A stretch of 64,000 bases of DNA from an uncultured Gemella sp. Lineage in GTDB: Bacteria; Bacillota; Bacilli; Staphylococcales; Gemellaceae. Positions 39,124-50,434 of the stretch are shown here, piece after piece; positions within the stretch are counted from its first letter, which is position 1, and the number at the start of each line of letters is the position of its first letter. The translations under genes were made by a program, and so were the position numbers. The notes under the pieces are model-generated. The model had not been told where the DNA came from. It ran no database searches and saw nothing but the letters and a program-made list of their open reading frames with translations. Where the stretch lies: NCBI GenBank assembly GCA_963525505.1, contig CAURKK010000003.1, positions 350-64,349 of the forward strand, read 5' to 3'.

Positions 39124-41763
39124 TTATTTCGCATCATACCATGACGCTCCACTACTTGCTTCAGCTTTAAGTTGAACATCTAAATTAGCCGCTTCTTCCA
39201 TAATTTTAATCATTTCTTTTGTAAAATCTTCTTCTATATCTTTATTAACATCAAAGATTAATTCATCATGTACTTGTAATAATAATTTTGCATCTACTTT
39301 TGTTTTTTCTAAATATTCAAATACATTAACCATAGCTATTTTTATAATATCCGCAGCAGTTCCTTGAATTGGTGAATTCATCGCAATACGTGCATTCAGA
39401 TTAGCTACAATCTTGTTTTTAGCATTAATATCTGGTAATGCTCTTCTTCTATTGAATAGAGTTTCTACATAACCGTGTTCTTTTGCAAACTCTACGATAT
39501 CAGTCATATACTTATCAACACCTTTGAATGTTTCTAAATATTTATCAATAAATTCTTTCGCACGTTTTCTAGTAATGCCTAAATTATTAGATAAACCAAA
39601 ATCAGAAATCCCATAAACAATACCAAAGTTAACAGCTTTAGCTTCTCGACGCATTGAAGATGTTACTTCATCAAGACTCACTCCATTAACGTCACTAGCT
39701 GTTTTAGTATGAATATCTACATCATGCTTAAATGCATCTATCATTCCTTTATCTTGCGCTATATGAGCTAATACTCGAAGCTCTATCTGAGAATAGTCAA
39801 TAGATAATATTACTCTATCTTCTGATGCTGGAACAAATGCTTTTCTAATTTTTTTACCTTCTTCAATTCTCGTTGGGATATTTTGAAGATTAGGATTTAC
39901 TGAAGATAATCGACCTGTTTGAGCTAGAGTCTGCTCATAACGTGTATGAATTTTTCCTTCACGAGTAATATCTTTCACTAACCCTTTTGCATAAGTTGAG
40001 TTCAATTTTGTAATAGTTCTGTACTCCATAATTAATGGAATAATTTCATGACTATGTTGTAGTTGTTCTAGTACCTCTACAGCTGTAGAATATCCAGTTT
40101 TTGTTTTCTTAATTGGTGGTAAGCCTAAATCTTCAAATAGTACCACTCCTAACTGTTTAGGTGAGGCAATATTAAATTCAGAACCAGCTAAAGTATATAT
40201 GCTAGATTCTAAAGATTTAATTCTTTCATCAAACTCAGCACTCATTTCTTCAAGTGCTTTTTTACTAACATGTATACCTTCAAATTCCATATTAGCTAAT
40301 ACTTTAGCAACTTTAATCTCTATATCTTTATATAAATCCGTCATATTCTCTTCAGCAAGTTTTTCTTCCATCAACGGTTTCATAAGTGAAATACTCTCTG
40401 CAACTTCCGCTATATAAGGATTAATAACATCTTGTGATGGTAAAGTTCGTTTTGCCCCCTTACCATATATTTCTTCATCACTGTTTATTATTTTTCCAAG
40501 ATAGTTAAAAACGATTTTATCAATCTCAGTTTTTGCATTCACATCAACTAAGTAAGACACTATCTTAACATCGAAAACTTCTCCATTAATATCAACACCA
40601 TTTCTCTTAGCTATAAATAAAATCTTTTTGAAGTCATATACAGTTTTAACCAATTCACTTTGAAGATATTCTACTACAAATTCATTAGTAAAAAATTGTT
40701 CTTCACTAAAAATATAAGCAGCGCCTTCTTTAAAGACTACTATTCCAACAACATCTGAGTTATGGTAATCCTCTGTGTAACACTCAACGTGTAAAGCACT
40801 ATCGGTAAAATCTATTTTCGTATTTTTGTCCGCTAAAATAATATTAATTTCTTTTTTAGGAGTAACTGTTTCTTCATTAGCTACATCTACATCTTCAGTA
40901 GAAGTTTCTTGTGATAATTTTCTTAAAAATGAAACAAATTCAAGTTTTTCAAACAACTCTCTTTTAAGTTCAATATTCTCACTATAGGTTAAATCTTCTA
41001 ACTTGTTGTCAACTGGAACTTCTGTATAAATAGTTGCTAATTTTTTGCTTAACAGGGCATCTTCTCGACCTTCTGTTAGACGTTCTTTAAGTTTTTTACC
41101 ACTAATATTATCAATATTTTCTAATACATTCTCTACAGTTTTATATTCAGTTAATAATTTTATGGCAGTTTTTTCACCTACTCCAGCAATCCCTGGGATA
41201 TTATCGCTCTTATCTCCCATAAGGCCTTTCATGTCAACGATCTGTTCTGGAGTTAATCCGTATTTTTCAGCAATAAATTCTGGTGTATAATAATCTATAT
41301 CAGTAACACCACGTTTAGTATAATAAATAGTTATATTTTCACTAGCAAGTTGAGTTAAATCCTTATCTCCAGTTACTATTATTACTTCCAAACCTTCTTT
41401 TTCGGCAATTTTAGCGTAACTACCGATAATATCATCTGCTTCATAATCAAAATGTTCTTCATACTTTATTCCATATGAATCCAGAAGTTCTCTAACATAA
41501 CCGAATTGCTCTACTAATTCACTAGGAGTTTTATCCCTAGTACCTTTGTACGCTTCATAACTTTGGTGTCTAAAAGTTTGTTTCCCTTTATCAAAAGCAA
41601 CTAATGCATACTTTGGTCTAGTATCTACTAATATTTTTTCTAACATTAGTGTAAATCCATAAACACTATTAGTATATAGACCTTTTTTATTTTTTAAAGC
41701 TGGCATAGCATAAAAAGCACGATAACTTAAGCTATTCCCATCTATTAATATTATCTTATCCAT
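39124..41763 (-). CDS. polA: DNA polymerase I
   Basis: 5'-3' exonuclease N-terminus, DYSQIELR, KAVNFGIVYG, QVHDEL. Confidence 0.98.
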   Translation of the reverse strand: MDKIILIDGNSLSYRAFYAMPALKNKKGLYTNSVYGFTLMLEKILVDTRPKYALVAFDKGKQTFRHQSYEAYKGTRDKTPSELVEQFGYVRELLDSYGIKYEEHFDYEADDIIGSYAKIAEKEGLEVIIVTGDKDLTQLASENITIYYTKRGVTDIDYYTPEFIAEKYGLTPEQIVDMKGLMGDKSDNIPGIAGVGEKTAIKLLTEYKTVENVLENIDNISGKKLKERLTEGREDALLSKKLATIYTEVPVDNKLEDLTYSENIELKRELFEKLEFVSFLRKLSQETSTEDVDVANEETVTPKKEINIILADKNTKIDFTDSALHVECYTEDYHNSDVVGIVVFKEGAAYIFSEEQFFTNEFVVEYLQSELVKTVYDFKKILFIAKRNGVDINGEVFDVKIVSYLVDVNAKTEIDKIVFNYLGKIINSDEEIYGKGAKRTLPSQDVINPYIAEVAESISLMKPLMEEKLAEENMTDLYKDIEIKVAKVLANMEFEGIHVSKKALEEMSAEFDERIKSLESSIYTLAGSEFNIASPKQLGVVLFEDLGLPPIKKTKTGYSTAVEVLEQLQHSHEIIPLIMEYRTITKLNSTYAKGLVKDITREGKIHTRYEQTLAQTGRLSSVNPNLQNIPTRIEEGKKIRKAFVPASEDRVILSIDYSQIELRVLAHIAQDKGMIDAFKHDVDIHTKTASDVNGVSLDEVTSSMRREAKAVNFGIVYGISDFGLSNNLGITRKRAKEFIDKYLETFKGVDKYMTDIVEFAKEHGYVETLFNRRRALPDINAKNKIVANLNARIAMNSPIQGTAADIIKIAMVNVFEYLEKTKVDAKLLLQVHDELIFDVNKDIEEDFTKEMIKIMEEAANLDVQLKAEASSGASWYDAK

Positions 41764-41803
41764 TTAATTCTCCTAATTCTCATTCTAAAACTATAAAATA
41801 GTA

Positions 41804-41844
41804 CGACTCGAAAATCACTATTCAAAACAGCGATTTTTGAGTCG
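41804..41844. repeat. Intergenic palindrome (SPRITE/STAR-like family member)
   Basis: CGACTCGAAAATCACT / AGCGATTTTTGAGTCG. Confidence 0.5.
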
Positions 41845-41904
41845 CTAAAAATATTATATTTTTCATAGAAAAAATCTTGATAATAAATTTTCTTATTACT
41901 ATTT

Positions 41905-43107
41905 TTATAATAATTTATATATTGTTTCTATCTTTTTCTTCCAAGAATGTTGTTCGATTTCTTCTAATAAATAAGTTGGAATCGCTCGCTCTTTTCTTGT
42001 TCTTTCTATCATAACTTCTAAAGTTTCTACTAGTCTTTCTATAAAAGCTGGCTTTTCTTCTTCTACTGCTTTATCAGTATCATAAATAGTCGGCATTTTT
42101 ACATACTCAATTATCTCAGAATTATTTATTTTTTCTCCAAGAAATTCTATAAGTCCCTCTATCTCAGTAGCAACTACTCTAAGACCACTTCCTAATGCCT
42201 CTACTGCAATTAATCCCAGTCCCTCGAAATAAGAAGGTAATATAAATATATCTTTATGACGCATAATCTCACCTAGATGCACTTGATCAACAGCATTATA
42301 AATTCTTATTCGCTTAGAATCACCTACTAGAGATTCAACTCTAGGTCTATCTTCCTCTTTTAAATTCCCTATTAATTCTAATTCTACTTTAGTGTCTTTT
42401 TTCTCTAATAATCTAAAAGCTTTAATTAATTCATAGAAACCTTTTGACTCATCAAATTTTCCTGCATATAAAATTTTTACATTATCATATTTTTCATACC
42501 TTTCTGCAGGGTAAAAGATTTTCTCATTATATCCTGCACCAATATTCACAATTTTTTCTACAGGATAATTATAAATATTAGCTATTCCATCTATAACACC
42601 ACTACTTAATGCCAATATTTTATCTAATTTTCCAAGACTTTTTACGTATTTATCTTTCATTGCAGGATTTTTTTCAGCTTGTCTTATATCGGTATTATGA
42701 CATACACCTAGAACTTTTACATTTTCAAAAATATCACAAACCATAGAACTCAAGATCCATAAATGATGTGTAATTACTACATCTGGTTTAAATATTTCTC
42801 TAGCTTGAATCAATTTTTCACGAAAAGCCTTTTGCCAAGATTCAATCATTTCATCTGTCATATTTTTATACAGTGTATTATCATACGGCATAATATCACT
42901 CATTCCAACAATCGGAAAACTGATATCTTTCCCTTGAAATTCGACTTCAAATTTTTCGTCTACAAAGTTAAAATTATACTCTGGTGTCGTAGCATAGATA
43001 GCAGCTTGCTCTACGTTAAATTCTTTTAACCCATCTATAACATTAGTAAAATATACCCCACTTCCTGTTTTTATCGGAAGTTGAGCTAACACATGTAAAA
43101 TCCTCAT
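41905..43107 (-). CDS. Glycosyltransferase family 4
   Basis: YAGK..KG, PSYFEGLGLIAVEA. Confidence 0.88.
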   Translation of the reverse strand: MRILHVLAQLPIKTGSGVYFTNVIDGLKEFNVEQAAIYATTPEYNFNFVDEKFEVEFQGKDISFPIVGMSDIMPYDNTLYKNMTDEMIESWQKAFREKLIQAREIFKPDVVITHHLWILSSMVCDIFENVKVLGVCHNTDIRQAEKNPAMKDKYVKSLGKLDKILALSSGVIDGIANIYNYPVEKIVNIGAGYNEKIFYPAERYEKYDNVKILYAGKFDESKGFYELIKAFRLLEKKDTKVELELIGNLKEEDRPRVESLVGDSKRIRIYNAVDQVHLGEIMRHKDIFILPSYFEGLGLIAVEALGSGLRVVATEIEGLIEFLGEKINNSEIIEYVKMPTIYDTDKAVEEEKPAFIERLVETLEVMIERTRKERAIPTYLLEEIEQHSWKKKIETIYKLL

Positions 43108-43320
43108 TTTTTTATCCTCTGTTTCATATTTTCCATCATCTCTATTATAACCTAATTTATATATTTTTTATAGTAAACGCATTAAATTAATATAATAGAA
43201 TGCAAAAATAAAGAGTAACTTATAAAATAAGATTATTTAAAAATCTATTTTATCTAGTTACTCTCAAATTTGATTAAAAATCATTATAAACGATAACCTA
43301 TCGTTTTTTAAATTCTATCC

Positions 43321-44049
43321 TCAAGCACTGCAAGTCGCAGCTTCTTTTTCATCTTGACTTTCGATATAGTCGTTTCTGTTATAAAATGCATTTCTATAAC
43401 TAGCAGTATTAAATGGTTCAATTAAATTGATAATTGTATATCCATCTAAACCAAGTTTCTTACATACCGCTTTACTTACCTCAGGTTTATCGCTATAAAC
43501 AAAAATTTCTGAAGACTTATCTAATTTTTCGATTACACTGTCGACTTCTTCAGGTGAAACTTTAATTTCTTCATCACTTAAAACTTCAGATCCAAGATTT
43601 AAGAATTGTTTATTTTTGCTTGCTGAGATTCGATATTTGAATTCTGATAATAAAGCATTACTATAGATAGCTTTTCCATAGTCATATTGTTTTATACCAT
43701 CACCAATATGAAGTTTTGTGAATCCACGTTCTCTAAGCAACTTCTCAGTAGCACGTGATGTTACATCGACTACACAATATAAAATTATATCTTTATCCTT
43801 GTAGTCATCAAGCACATCGCTACCGTTTTTAAAAAGCTTAATCGGAAGATTCACGGCATTTATAGCGTGTCCTCGTGCATATTCTTTTCTCCAACGAACA
43901 TCAACAACCAAAGCTTCTTCAAATGTTTTCTTCTCAACATCAGCTCCAGCAATTCTTCCTGGTTTTCCTTTTAGTAATTTAAGCCAAAATCCATATAAGA
44001 GAAATAATATTACTAATACGATTATTACTATAATCAAAAATATACTCAT
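43321..44049 (-). CDS. Membrane-anchored rhodanese-like protein
   Basis: N-terminal TM, VVDVR..EY..GHAINAVNLP, ILYC. Confidence 0.75.
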   Translation of the reverse strand: MSIFLIIVIIVLVILFLLYGFWLKLLKGKPGRIAGADVEKKTFEEALVVDVRWRKEYARGHAINAVNLPIKLFKNGSDVLDDYKDKDIILYCVVDVTSRATEKLLRERGFTKLHIGDGIKQYDYGKAIYSNALLSEFKYRISASKNKQFLNLGSEVLSDEEIKVSPEEVDSVIEKLDKSSEIFVYSDKPEVSKAVCKKLGLDGYTIINLIEPFNTASYRNAFYNRNDYIESQDEKEAATCSA

Positions 44050-44196
44050 TTAGTCTACCCCTTTCTTGATATTAAATATATTTTATCATACATTTTGTAT
44101 TTTTAATAATAAATTGCATTTTGGAAATATTTTTGATTTTTTTTAAAAATAGGAGTAAAATGTTATTATAAACCATTTTTAAGAAAGGAGATTCGG

Positions 44197-45720
44197 ATGA
44201 AAATTTCAAAAATTAGTAAGATTGAAAATAAAAATTTAAAAATTGAATCATCTTTATTAATCGATGGAATTTTAGTAGGTTTAGCTGCTGGAATCGTTGG
44301 TGCTAGTTATAGACTTCTTATCGGTTATAGTGAAAAACTTGTTCACTATACAGCCGATTTTATTAAAACTGGATTTATTTATAAAATAGGTCTTTTACTA
44401 ATTCTAATCTTACTAGCCTTGTTTTCTGGTTTTCTATTAAAACGTGAACCGATGGCTAGTGGAAGTGGAATTCCTCAAGTTTCTGCAGAAATTACCGGTA
44501 GACTAAATTCAAATCCATTACGAGTTCTAATTTATAAGATAACTGGTGGATTAACGGCAAGTCTAGGTGGTTTATCCCTTGGACGTGAAGGTCCCTCAAT
44601 TCAACTAGGTGCAATGAGCGGAAAACTCGTCTCTAGAATATTAAAAAAAGATAGTGTGAAAGAAAAGTATCTTATTACATGCGGAGCCAGCGCCGGGCTT
44701 TCTATTGCTTTCGGTGCTCCTCTTGCTGGAGTTCTTTTCTCAATTGAAGAGGTACATAAACAAATAACTAAAAAAATCGTTATCTGTTGTTTCAGTGCTG
44801 CTGTAGTAGCAAATATTGTTGGACAATATATATTTGGACTTACTGCCATCTTTAAGTTTCCTGATATACCTTATGTCGAGGTTAGTATTTATCCCTGGGT
44901 TGCTTTTTTAGGAATAATTCTGGGACTATTTGGAACATTTTATAATGTTACTATAAAAATACTTTTCAAAATTTATGAATATCTAAAACTTAATATAGTA
45001 TTCAGACCACAGGTAGCTTTTCTTATTTCATTTATTCTATTTATTTTTTATCCTATAGTTCTTGGTAGCGGACATAGTTTAGTAGAATTTTTAATTGAGA
45101 ATAAATTTAGTTTTATGTTTTTATTAACTCTATATTTTATAAAAACTTTATTCTCACTTATATCATTTACTTCTGGAGTTGCAGGTGGAATATTCTTACC
45201 TATTTTAATTCAAGGAGCAATACTCGGTACTTTATTCAGTAACTTCTTTGATCCAAAGTACACTGCATTATTTGTAATATTATCTATGTCAGGTTACTTA
45301 ACTGCAATTGTGCGTAGTCCTATTACTTCAATAATTTTATTATTTGAAATGACACAAAAACTAAATTATTTCTTGCCGATCGCACTATGTTGCTTATTTG
45401 CATATATCACTGCAAATATACTTGGGACAAAGCCGGTTTACGAATATTTACTTGATCGTATCTTAACCAGTAATAAACTAGAAGATGATGAAAATGAAAT
45501 GGAAGTAGAAATTCTAACTACAATATCGAATGATAGTTCATTAATAGGAAAAGAAATACGTGAAATTGATTGGACAAAAGGTGTTCTTGTTTCTCATATC
45601 GAGCGCTCTGGTCGTGAAATCGTACCAAAAGGAAGTACAATTCTAGAAGCAAATGATAAACTTACCGTCATTATGCCAAAAGAATGTGTCAATCTATTTT
45701 TAAAACAATTTAGTGAATAA
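44197..45720 (+). CDS. ClC H+/Cl- exchanger with TrkA-C domain
   Basis: GSGIP, GREGP, GGIFLP signature motifs. Confidence 0.92.
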   Translation: MKISKISKIENKNLKIESSLLIDGILVGLAAGIVGASYRLLIGYSEKLVHYTADFIKTGFIYKIGLLLILILLALFSGFLLKREPMASGSGIPQVSAEITGRLNSNPLRVLIYKITGGLTASLGGLSLGREGPSIQLGAMSGKLVSRILKKDSVKEKYLITCGASAGLSIAFGAPLAGVLFSIEEVHKQITKKIVICCFSAAVVANIVGQYIFGLTAIFKFPDIPYVEVSIYPWVAFLGIILGLFGTFYNVTIKILFKIYEYLKLNIVFRPQVAFLISFILFIFYPIVLGSGHSLVEFLIENKFSFMFLLTLYFIKTLFSLISFTSGVAGGIFLPILIQGAILGTLFSNFFDPKYTALFVILSMSGYLTAIVRSPITSIILLFEMTQKLNYFLPIALCCLFAYITANILGTKPVYEYLLDRILTSNKLEDDENEMEVEILTTISNDSSLIGKEIREIDWTKGVLVSHIERSGREIVPKGSTILEANDKLTVIMPKECVNLFLKQFSE

Positions 45721-45724
45721 AAAA

Positions 45725-45868
45725 CAGGCTCACTAAAAAGCCCAAAATTCAAAATAATTTTTATGATAATTCATAAATCCAGTGGTTTATTGATATCTAA
45801 TAAACCTTGTAGGAGTGACTCAATAAAATCGATTTCTCTGAAAATTCACGATTTTTAAGTCACTCCCA
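45725..45868. repeat. SPRITE/STAR-like intergenic element
   Basis: GGTTTATT/AATAAACC hairpin followed by GGAGTGACT..AAAATCG..CGATTTT..AGTCACTCC, between convergent genes. Confidence 0.55.
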
Positions 45869-45876
45869 TTTTTTAT

Positions 45877-46674
45877 TTATAATACATTGAAATGTTTTAA
45901 AGCATGCGTAATTCCATCGTCATCTACACCTGTTGTAATGTAATCAGCAATCTCTTTTACATTCTCTCCTGCATTTCCCATAGCTATACCAATCCCAGCA
46001 TGTTTTAGCATATCTATATCATTTCCACCATCACCAAAAGCCATCGTTTCTTCTAATTTTATACCAAAGTGAGAAATAATTGCATCAATTCCAGTATTTT
46101 TTCCACCATCTTTTGGAATAACATCTGTAAAATGAGTAGTCCAACGAGCTGCTTTTGAATTAGGCATATACGCTAAAAAGTCTTCTTCTTCCTCTTCTGA
46201 TACAAAAACATTTAGTTGATATACTTTTTCACTAACAGCCTTATCGTATGCTAATGGATCTTCTTTAAATCTTTCTGGATCTCCTAACTCATCTTCTAAC
46301 CATTTAACCCTCGAGTTTTTCAGATTCATAAAAGCTCCATCTAATAATGCAAAATCACAAGCTATATTATTCTCTTTAAAATAAGGAAGAACATTTTTTA
46401 TATCCTCTTTTGATAAAGTCTTATCATTCAGAACTTCACCTGTTTCTAAATAGCAATACTGCCCATTTATTGTAATATATCCATCAAACTTAAAATCTAA
46501 CAAATCATTTAAAAATGTCGTATGAAATGGTGCTCTTCCTGTAGCTATAAAAATTTTAATTCCTTTTTCTTTTAGCTCTCTTAAAGTATTTGCAGTGTTT
46601 TCCGGAATAGTTTTAGTTTTAAAACTTCTTATCGTTCCATCAATATCAAAAAAAATCGCTTTTATATTCGTCAT
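45877..46674 (-). CDS. Cof-type HAD-IIB hydrolase
   Basis: FFDIDGT, ATGR, AFGDGGNDIDML. Confidence 0.92.
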   Translation of the reverse strand: MTNIKAIFFDIDGTIRSFKTKTIPENTANTLRELKEKGIKIFIATGRAPFHTTFLNDLLDFKFDGYITINGQYCYLETGEVLNDKTLSKEDIKNVLPYFKENNIACDFALLDGAFMNLKNSRVKWLEDELGDPERFKEDPLAYDKAVSEKVYQLNVFVSEEEEEDFLAYMPNSKAARWTTHFTDVIPKDGGKNTGIDAIISHFGIKLEETMAFGDGGNDIDMLKHAGIGIAMGNAGENVKEIADYITTGVDDDGITHALKHFNVL

Positions 46675-46676
46675 TC

Positions 46677-47681
46677 TTATTCTCCATATTTATTTAAATC
46701 AACTACACTATTTCTTGTTTTTAAATGATAACCTATTAATAGTTTCATAGCTGTCTCTTCTTTTTTTATAACATTAAGTAACATACTGACTGTTTGCTTC
46801 GCTGCATCTTTTAAATCGAATTTTATTGTTGTTAACGGTGATTTTAAAAGTGCTGAAGATGTATAATCTCCGAATGCAGCAACAGAGTAGTTTTCACCTA
46901 CATTTAACCCTTCTTCTTCAAGTGCTTTTATAGCACCATAAGCTAAATTATCAGTTGCACAGATTAAGCAACTCTCATCTTTTAACTTTTGTATATTTTC
47001 TCTTACAACATCGTACGCTTCTTCCATAGAAAAATTCGTAATTAGGATATTTTCTGGTTTTAAACCATATTTCTCTAAAGCCATTATGACTCCTAATTTT
47101 CTGTAGTATCCTACCGCTATATCGTCTTCGCTTACTCCTAGATAAGCTATTTTTTTATGCCCACTGGCTAGTACATAATTAGTTAAATCCCTAGCAGCAT
47201 TAAGATCATTGTATTCGACACTATATGTATATTCTCCCTCTTGTCCCAACATCACAACCGGAACATCAATAGACTTTATAGTACTCTCGTATGCTTTACT
47301 CATAGTTGTTGGTAAAAGAATGATTCCATCTACGTTCATTCTTGCTAATTTCTTAATATATTCTAATTGTTTGTTTTCATCGAAATTAGCATTCATTATT
47401 AATGTTTCATAATTATTATCTTTTAACTCTTTATCAAGATATTTTAACGTATTACCACTAACATAAGAATGTAAACAAGGAACTATAACACCGATTATTT
47501 TACTATCTGTACTTTTTAATGCTTTAGCAAAAGTATTAGGCGTATAATTGTATTTATCAACTATTTCTTTAATTCTTTCATGAGTTTCTTTTTTTAAATT
47601 TCCACCATTAAAATATCTAGAGACAGTAGTAGTACCTACTCCAGCCATTTTTGCTATATCTACTATTGTCAATTTCTTCAT
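46677..47681 (-). CDS. LacI-family transcriptional regulator
   Basis: TIVDIAKMAGVGTTTVSRYFN. Confidence 0.92.
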   Translation of the reverse strand: MKKLTIVDIAKMAGVGTTTVSRYFNGGNLKKETHERIKEIVDKYNYTPNTFAKALKSTDSKIIGVIVPCLHSYVSGNTLKYLDKELKDNNYETLIMNANFDENKQLEYIKKLARMNVDGIILLPTTMSKAYESTIKSIDVPVVMLGQEGEYTYSVEYNDLNAARDLTNYVLASGHKKIAYLGVSEDDIAVGYYRKLGVIMALEKYGLKPENILITNFSMEEAYDVVRENIQKLKDESCLICATDNLAYGAIKALEEEGLNVGENYSVAAFGDYTSSALLKSPLTTIKFDLKDAAKQTVSMLLNVIKKEETAMKLLIGYHLKTRNSVVDLNKYGE

Positions 47682-48111
47682 AGATTACCTCCTTAAGTCA
47701 CAGTCTTAATTATAAACGATTAAACAGAATAAATAAAGAATTATATAAGAACAATTTTAGAAAATATTTTTTACTATTTTTTTATTATTTTATTAAATAG
47801 TTCAACATAAAAATAGAACTCCAAAATACATTGATCAAATTATTCTAATACAATTTAACTAAGAGAAAATTCTATAATCCTTATACATATTACTATGATA
47901 AAGGTTATCTTCTCTATAAAAAATATCATATTTTCCATCATTATATCTACAACCTTAAACTGTATCACTACAAACTTCGTAAAATAACACAACAGATTTA
48001 CAAATACTATCAAACAAGCATAGAACAATGTGAACAAATATTTCAAAAAAACTAAACAAACTTCTTGAAATCCTTTCCTAAAAGTGATATAGTTTTCCAT
48101 GGAGGTATATT

Positions 48112-48846
48112 ATGATAGTTCAATTAAAAAACGTATCAAAACAATATAAAGATGCTAACTTCAAACTTGAAAATATATCATTTGATATCAATAAGAAAGA
48201 AGTTATTGGAATAATCGGTAGAAATGGTACAGGAAAAAGTACTATTTTAAAAATGATTAACGGTATCGTATCATATGATAGTGGAGATATTTTATATAAA
48301 AACTCTTCTATAAAAAATATGGATGCAAGTACCCTTAGAAATACTAGAAAAAATCTAGCATATATATTCCAACACTCAAATCTAATCGATAACAAAACTG
48401 TATATTATCATTTAAGTTTAGTATACAAACTAAATAAGGTTTCTGTTGATAAAAAGAAAATAGATGATATTCTTGAATTTATGAATATTACAAGACTAAA
48501 AAATAGTCTTTGTGGTAGCTTAAGTGGTGGTGAACAACAAAAAGTTGCTATCGCTATGGCACTGCTACAAGAACCAGAAGTTCTACTATGTGATGAAATT
48601 AGTTCTGCTTTAGACACTAACAGTGAAAAAGAAATTTTCGCTTTATTAAATAAGTTACGAACAACAACTGACATTTCAATTGTTATGATTTCACACAGCT
48701 TATCTTTACTTAAGAACTTTTGTGATCGAGTAGTAGTTATCGATGATTCTACAATAAAAGATATTGTCGTACCTAACAAAAATGCAAAAGATGATTACGA
48801 CAGTAATTACTATAACTACGTAAAGGAGTTTTTATTAAATGATTGA
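48112..48846 (+). CDS. MetN-like ABC ATP-binding protein (short, no NIL domain)
   Basis: GRNGTGKS, LSGGEQQ, LLCDEISSALD. Confidence 0.85.
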   Translation: MIVQLKNVSKQYKDANFKLENISFDINKKEVIGIIGRNGTGKSTILKMINGIVSYDSGDILYKNSSIKNMDASTLRNTRKNLAYIFQHSNLIDNKTVYYHLSLVYKLNKVSVDKKKIDDILEFMNITRLKNSLCGSLSGGEQQKVAIAMALLQEPEVLLCDEISSALDTNSEKEIFALLNKLRTTTDISIVMISHSLSLLKNFCDRVVVIDDSTIKDIVVPNKNAKDDYDSNYYNYVKEFLLND

Positions 48847-49510
48847 TTTATTTAAAGCCAATTACGATGGTATTATGAAAGCATTTTGGGAAACAAACTA
48901 TATGATGATTTACTCAATGTTAACAGTATTCTTCATTTCCCTACCACTAGGTATCATGCTTTTTGCTTTCAGTCGTGATTATTTATTAAAAAATAGAGCA
49001 GTTTATGAAGGACTTAGCATTTCTCTTAATGCCCTACGTAGTGTTCCATTTCTAATTTTTGTATTCATATTAATCCCTGTAAATAGATTTCTATTTAAAA
49101 CATCTTTTGGGAATATTGCAGCAATCTTGCCTCTTACACTGGTTGGTGTAAGTATCTATGCTCGTTTCGTTGAACAAGCATTAATTAATGTTCCTAAAAA
49201 AATTGTTGACAGAGCTATAAGCATGGGGGCTACAAAAGTTCAAATTATCAGGTATTTCTTATTACCAGCAACAATGGATAACTTAATCTTATCGTTCACC
49301 TATACTACTATAAGCTTACTAGCTTATACAACAGTAATGGGAGTTATTGGGGCTGGTGGCCTTGGTGAATTTGCATTCAGATATGGATATCAAGAATACA
49401 ATTACGATCTAATGTACTTAATAGTAATAATATTTATTATTTATGTATTTATTATTCAATCTATAGGATATGGATTAGCTAAACGTTTTACAAACAAAAA
49501 GGAGAAATAG
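48839..49510 (+). CDS. MetI-like ABC permease
   Basis: LRSVPFLI, GAGGLG. Confidence 0.85.
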   Translation: MIDLFKANYDGIMKAFWETNYMMIYSMLTVFFISLPLGIMLFAFSRDYLLKNRAVYEGLSISLNALRSVPFLIFVFILIPVNRFLFKTSFGNIAAILPLTLVGVSIYARFVEQALINVPKKIVDRAISMGATKVQIIRYFLLPATMDNLILSFTYTTISLLAYTTVMGVIGAGGLGEFAFRYGYQEYNYDLMYLIVIIFIIYVFIIQSIGYGLAKRFTNKKEK

Positions 49511-49514
49511 ATTA

Positions 49515-50339
49515 ATGAAAAAAGTATTATCTATCATTGCTAGCCTACTAGCTCTTGTGCTTGTTTTAACAGCATGTTCTAGTAAAACTAGTGATAAAAA
49601 AGAAGAAAAAAAAGAAAACAAAACAATTAAAGTTGCTGCACATGTCCCTCCTATGACTGATATGTTAGAATTAATTAAAGAAGATTTACAAAAAGAAGGG
49701 TATACTCTTGAAATTGTAAAAGTATCTGATAACGTTCAAGCTAACGTTGCTTTATCAAATAAAGAAATCGATGCTAACTTCTTCCAACATGAACCATTCA
49801 TGAAACAGTACAACGAAAAAAATAAAACTAACTTAGTAGCTGTACAAAAAGTTTATAATTCTATCCCAGCCTTCTACTCAAAAGACATCAAAAACATTAA
49901 AGATCTTAAAGACGGTGCTGATGTAGCTATCCCATCTGATGCATCTAATATGGCTCGTGCATTAAGATTATTAGCACACGGTGGATTAATCACATTAAAC
50001 GATCCTAACAGTTATAACGTTACTGTAAAAGATATTAAAGATAACCCTAAACATCTTAAATTCACAGAAGTTGGTCTTTTAAACTTAAGCGATGCATATG
50101 CAGAGAAAGATTTAATCTTTAACTACCCATCATATATCGCTAAATTAAACCTAACACCTATGAAAGATGGTCTTTTATTAGAAGATAAAGGTGATTTCAC
50201 ATATGCAGGTGTACTTGTTGCTCGTGAAGATAACAAAGACGATGCTAAAGTTCAAGCCGTTAAAAAAGCTTTAACTAGTGAAAAAATTAAAAACTTCCTA
50301 GAAAAAGATTACAACGGAAAAGCCATCGTAGCTTTCTAA
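49515..50339 (+). CDS. MetQ/NlpA family lipoprotein
   Basis: Lipobox LTAC, DANFFQH, AIPSD.SN..RAL. Confidence 0.9.
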   Translation: MKKVLSIIASLLALVLVLTACSSKTSDKKEEKKENKTIKVAAHVPPMTDMLELIKEDLQKEGYTLEIVKVSDNVQANVALSNKEIDANFFQHEPFMKQYNEKNKTNLVAVQKVYNSIPAFYSKDIKNIKDLKDGADVAIPSDASNMARALRLLAHGGLITLNDPNSYNVTVKDIKDNPKHLKFTEVGLLNLSDAYAEKDLIFNYPSYIAKLNLTPMKDGLLLEDKGDFTYAGVLVAREDNKDDAKVQAVKKALTSEKIKNFLEKDYNGKAIVAF

Positions 50340-50434
50340 TTATAAATTTTAACTAATCCAAAATCTATATATAATATCAACAACCTTACCTCTAAATAAA
50401 AAAATAAATAATATAAAACAGGAGACATATAATA

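Noticed and set aside
47855..48100. 81-aa minus-strand ORF
   Set aside because: Lies over the promoter region of the ABC operon, no convincing SD or motif
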